From PVC group bacterium (GTDB lineage Bacteria > GCA-001730085 > JADFSZ01), in assembly GCA_022560555.1 (NCBI GenBank), contig JADFSZ010000012.1:1-18433 (forward strand): DNA of 18,433 nucleotides, given 5' to 3'. Under the pieces are notes generated by a model, which saw only the letters and a list, made by a program, of their open reading frames with translations, was not told where the DNA came from and did no database searches. Positions within the stretch are counted from its first letter, which is position 1, and each line of letters starts with the position of its first letter. The position numbers and the translations under genes were made by a program. This document shows positions 16,301 to 18,433 of the stretch, piece after piece.

Positions 16301-16699
16301 ATGAACAATAAAAACATCAAAGTCCTGTTGATTGATGATGAGGATGATTTTCGTCAATTGATGAAGTTTTGGCTGGAATCAAAAGGCTATTCTGTTTTGG
16401 CCGCATCCAACGGGGCCGATGGCATAGAGTTGGTTAAAAATGACCAACCGAACATCATCTTTTTAGATCTGCGTATGCCTGTTATGGACGGGGTTGCCAC
16501 CCTCAAGGAAATCCGGACGTTTGACCGGGATTTGCCCGTCATTGTGATCAGTGCCTTCTTGGATGACCCTCGAGCCAAGGAAGCGATGGCTTTTGGTATC
16601 TCCGGTGTTTTTAATAAAGCCAAAAATTTTGACGAGGGCCTCACTATCCTGGAAGTTGCTTTGAGACGCCACAAAAGCCTTAAGAGAGACCCTGAGTAA
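16301..16699 (+). CDS. Receiver-only (CheY-like) response regulator with no output domain
   Basis: Acidic pocket LLIDDEDD, phospho-acceptor context IIFLDLRMPVMDG, VIVISA, and a conserved Lys in VFNKA. At 132 aa there is no room for a DNA-binding domain. Confidence 0.9.
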   Translation: MNNKNIKVLLIDDEDDFRQLMKFWLESKGYSVLAASNGADGIELVKNDQPNIIFLDLRMPVMDGVATLKEIRTFDRDLPVIVISAFLDDPRAKEAMAFGISGVFNKAKNFDEGLTILEVALRRHKSLKRDPE

Positions 16700-16752
16700 T
16701 TGCTTCTTTTCTCCCCGCTTCAAAACACTCGCCAAGGCTCTTAACTTATTTC

Positions 16753-16780
16753 TTGACAATGTGATACACTGTGTTAATAT
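16753..16780 (+). promoter_or_regulatory. Strong sigma70-type promoter with extended -10
   Basis: TTGACA (16753..16758), 16 nt spacer ending in TGT, TAATAT (16775..16780). It lies about 250 nt upstream of the ExeA-like ATG. Confidence 0.6.
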
Positions 16781-16786
16781 AGAGAA

Positions 16787-16888
16787 TTAGCGCTTCGGCC
16801 TAATATGGTTAGGCTTTTAAATTTATGCGGTGGAACCATGGATGTCAAAATAGACCAAGTCTGGTTTTGAAAGCCGAAGCTTTATTTT
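16787..16888 (+). ncRNA. Candidate structured RNA, either an sRNA or a 5' leader element. The family is unknown.
   Basis: It starts just after the promoter above. An 8-bp long-range helix, GCTTCGGC (16792..16799) with GCCGAAGC (16873..16880), is followed by TTTATTTT. It encloses local hairpins CCTAA-tatgg-TTAGG (16799..16813) and AGACCA-agtc-TGGTTT (16852..16867). Pairing was judged by eye only. Confidence 0.3.
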
Positions 16889-17029
16889 GGCATGTGAAGT
16901 GCGCTTATATTCTGTGGAGAGTGCATCTAAGGGAGAAATCATTCGAAGGAGCGAAAAAACGTACAGGTTTCTTGAGATTGTGTTGAAAAAAACGTCATTT
17001 CTAACCTTTTTTAAGAAAGGAACTTAGAG

Positions 17030-17899
17030 ATGAGCTACTTTAAGGTTTTAGGGTTTCAAAAAGAGCCGTTTTCAACATCACCGGATCCGGAATTTTTCTA
17101 TCAGTCGAAAGAGCATGAAAAGGCTTTAACTCATATCCTGATTGAGCTGCGTCTCAAGGGCGGATTGTCCGTAATTTTGGGCGATGTGGGCATCGGGAAA
17201 ACCACACTGTCGCGAAAACTCATTCAAGAGCTTCGTGACCGAGATGACTTTATCTTTCATATCATTTTAGACCCTTCCTTTGAAAACGAACAAGATTTTC
17301 TTACATCCCTTATCAGGAATTTTGATATTCCGCAAGTTTCCGGGAACAATGTGTCTGTAAACGACCTGAGAGAGTCTCTGGAACGATTTTTATTTCAAAA
17401 AGCCGTTCACGAAGGCAAAACCGTGACCCTCATTATTGATGAAGCTCAAAAACTCAACGCGACAAGCTTAGAAGCCCTGCGTGTGCTTCTGAATTATGAA
17501 ACCAACGAGTACAAACTTATACAGCTCGTGCTGCTCGGGCAGTTGGAGCTTCATAGCCGGGTTATGAATATTCCAAATTTTCTTGATCGGATCAGCTTTA
17601 AATACATGCTCAATCCCCTTGATTTTAAAGAAGTGAAGGAGATGATTTATTTTCGCATGCTCCAGGCCGGATATGATTCCCGTATGGATCTGTTCTTGGA
17701 TAACGCGATGGAGGGTATTTACGAGTTTACCAAAGGATACCCAAGAAAAATTATTATGTTATGTCGTCGAGCCCTCAAATCCTTGGTATTGAAGAATAAA
17801 TATGTCGTGGATGCTGAGCTGGTTCGGGAACTTATTGAAGAAGAAGCGAAATCAGGATGGACCAGAAGCGAGACATTACTCCAGAAAAGCAACTGCTGA
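17030..17899 (+). CDS. ExeA/GspA/MshM-like AAA ATPase (secretion- or pilus-associated), ATPase domain only
   Basis: The N-terminal signature YFKVLGFQKEPFSTSPDPEFFYQSKEHEKAL is present, with Walker A GDVGIGKTTL and Walker B LIIDEAQ. Confidence 0.8.
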   Translation: MSYFKVLGFQKEPFSTSPDPEFFYQSKEHEKALTHILIELRLKGGLSVILGDVGIGKTTLSRKLIQELRDRDDFIFHIILDPSFENEQDFLTSLIRNFDIPQVSGNNVSVNDLRESLERFLFQKAVHEGKTVTLIIDEAQKLNATSLEALRVLLNYETNEYKLIQLVLLGQLELHSRVMNIPNFLDRISFKYMLNPLDFKEVKEMIYFRMLQAGYDSRMDLFLDNAMEGIYEFTKGYPRKIIMLCRRALKSLVLKNKYVVDAELVRELIEEEAKSGWTRSETLLQKSNC

Positions 17900-18433
17900 A
17901 CATTATTGAGGATCCAAAGGCCGGTGAGGCGGATAACCTAAAAGCAAAACGCCTGCGGCGTCATAGTTTTAGCTGGCTTTCACTTGGAGCCCTTAAAGGG
18001 AGGATATCTTTTGCGAAGAATTTTTTTTCAAATCAATTTCATCGTAAAGACACACAAGCGTTTAGTATCCGTTCTGTTAACAACATGATGACCATCATTG
18101 TCATGGCTCTGGCAGGATTTTTGATTATGAATATTGCGACCGCGCTGATGAATATGGGAGGGGGAAGGATGTTTAAGGTGAAATCTGTTTCGGGCGGAAC
18201 AACTCTTGTGTATGACATCAAGCCGGGATTTGTTAAACCCTTGAACGGGATACTTTTGAAAATCCGCGGTCGGGACATTTTTAAGATGGGGGAATTAAAG
18301 AAGCCTCAGACTCAGGAAGTCGTCGCGGAAGAACCTAAGGAAGATCCTCGCGCCAAAGCGTTAGAGGCGGTCATTCATCTCCGGCTCGTCGGGATATCCT
18401 GGTCAAGCGATCCCGACGCGATGATCGAAGACA
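17857..18433 (+). CDS. Hypothetical bitopic membrane protein, possibly GspC/PilP-like. It is 3'-truncated by the window edge.
   Basis: I translated this myself; it is open-ended, so it is not in the track. ATG at 17857 is the first start after an in-frame TGA at 17836 and overlaps the ExeA-like gene by 43 nt. It has one TM helix (MMTIIVMALAGFLIMNIATALM). The final segment, IHLRLVGISWSSDPDAMIED, resembles the start of GspC/PilP beta-domains. Both the start and the family are uncertain. Confidence 0.5.
   Translation, partial: MDQKRDITPEKQLLNIIEDPKAGEADNLKAKRLRRHSFSWLSLGALKGRISFAKNFFSNQFHRKDTQAFSIRSVNNMMTIIVMALAGFLIMNIATALMNMGGGRMFKVKSVSGGTTLVYDIKPGFVKPLNGILLKIRGRDIFKMGELKKPQTQEVVAEEPKEDPRAKALEAVIHLRLVGISWSSDPDAMIED

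Noticed and set aside
16792-16880. A tRNA-like cloverleaf, suggested by the 8-bp acceptor-like closing helix
   Set aside because: It is 89 nt long and has no GTTCRA T-loop, no conserved D-loop GG and no plausible anticodon arm geometry. I kept it only as a generic structured-RNA candidate.
16825-16986. A 53-codon ORF (MRWNHGCQNRPSLVLKAEALFW...) in the RR/ExeA intergenic region
   Set aside because: It has no SD (an AT-rich TTTAAATTT precedes the ATG) and an odd Cys/Trp/His-rich composition, and it overlaps the predicted RNA helices. It is more likely non-coding.
1-18433. CRISPR arrays, tandem repeats, IS or transposase or integrase genes, prophage or defence-island signatures
   Set aside because: I saw no spaced direct repeats or mobile-element genes on either strand. 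Gene content is housekeeping metabolism, envelope and signalling. Only the 149-bp inverted repeat at 261..409 has any mobile-element flavour.

Overview
This is an 18.4 kb chromosomal segment of ordinary, moderately AT-leaning bacterial sequence. All family calls come from motif recognition in the supplied translations; no database search was possible. Gene orientation diverges at about 11.3-11.5 kb.

Minus strand, in order of decreasing coordinate:
- A menaquinone operon, menB-menA-menC-menE, whose 3' end overlaps a convergent plus-strand hotdog thioesterase.
- A tightly coupled operon of a CBS-pair protein, korA, and korB carrying a C-terminal CBS pair.
- A consensus promoter driving a 63-aa internally deleted aquaporin remnant, followed by one continuous tpx-hemB reading frame.
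- The 5' end of a class I fructose-bisphosphate aldolase gene, which runs off the left edge.

Plus strand:
- An ArnT/PMT-like GT-C membrane protein.
- A TMTC-like GT-C protein with five C-terminal TPRs.
- A 66-aa one-helix ORF.
- A PAS histidine kinase and a receiver-only response regulator.
- A 330-bp intergenic region with a strong promoter and a structured leader.
- An ExeA/GspA-like ATPase, then an overlapping, open-ended membrane protein that is absent from the ORF track.

I saw no rRNA, tRNA, CRISPR array, transposase, integrase or recognisable defence genes.

The observations most worth follow-up:
1. Two CBS modules attached to a KorAB-type 2-oxoacid:ferredoxin oxidoreductase.
2. The stop-less tpx-hemB junction beside an A6 run.
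3. The aquaporin remnant, which keeps its promoter and RBS.
4. A 149-bp composite inverted repeat between hemB and fbaB.
5. The candidate structured RNA upstream of the ExeA-like gene.

None of these is demonstrably a new system from sequence alone.
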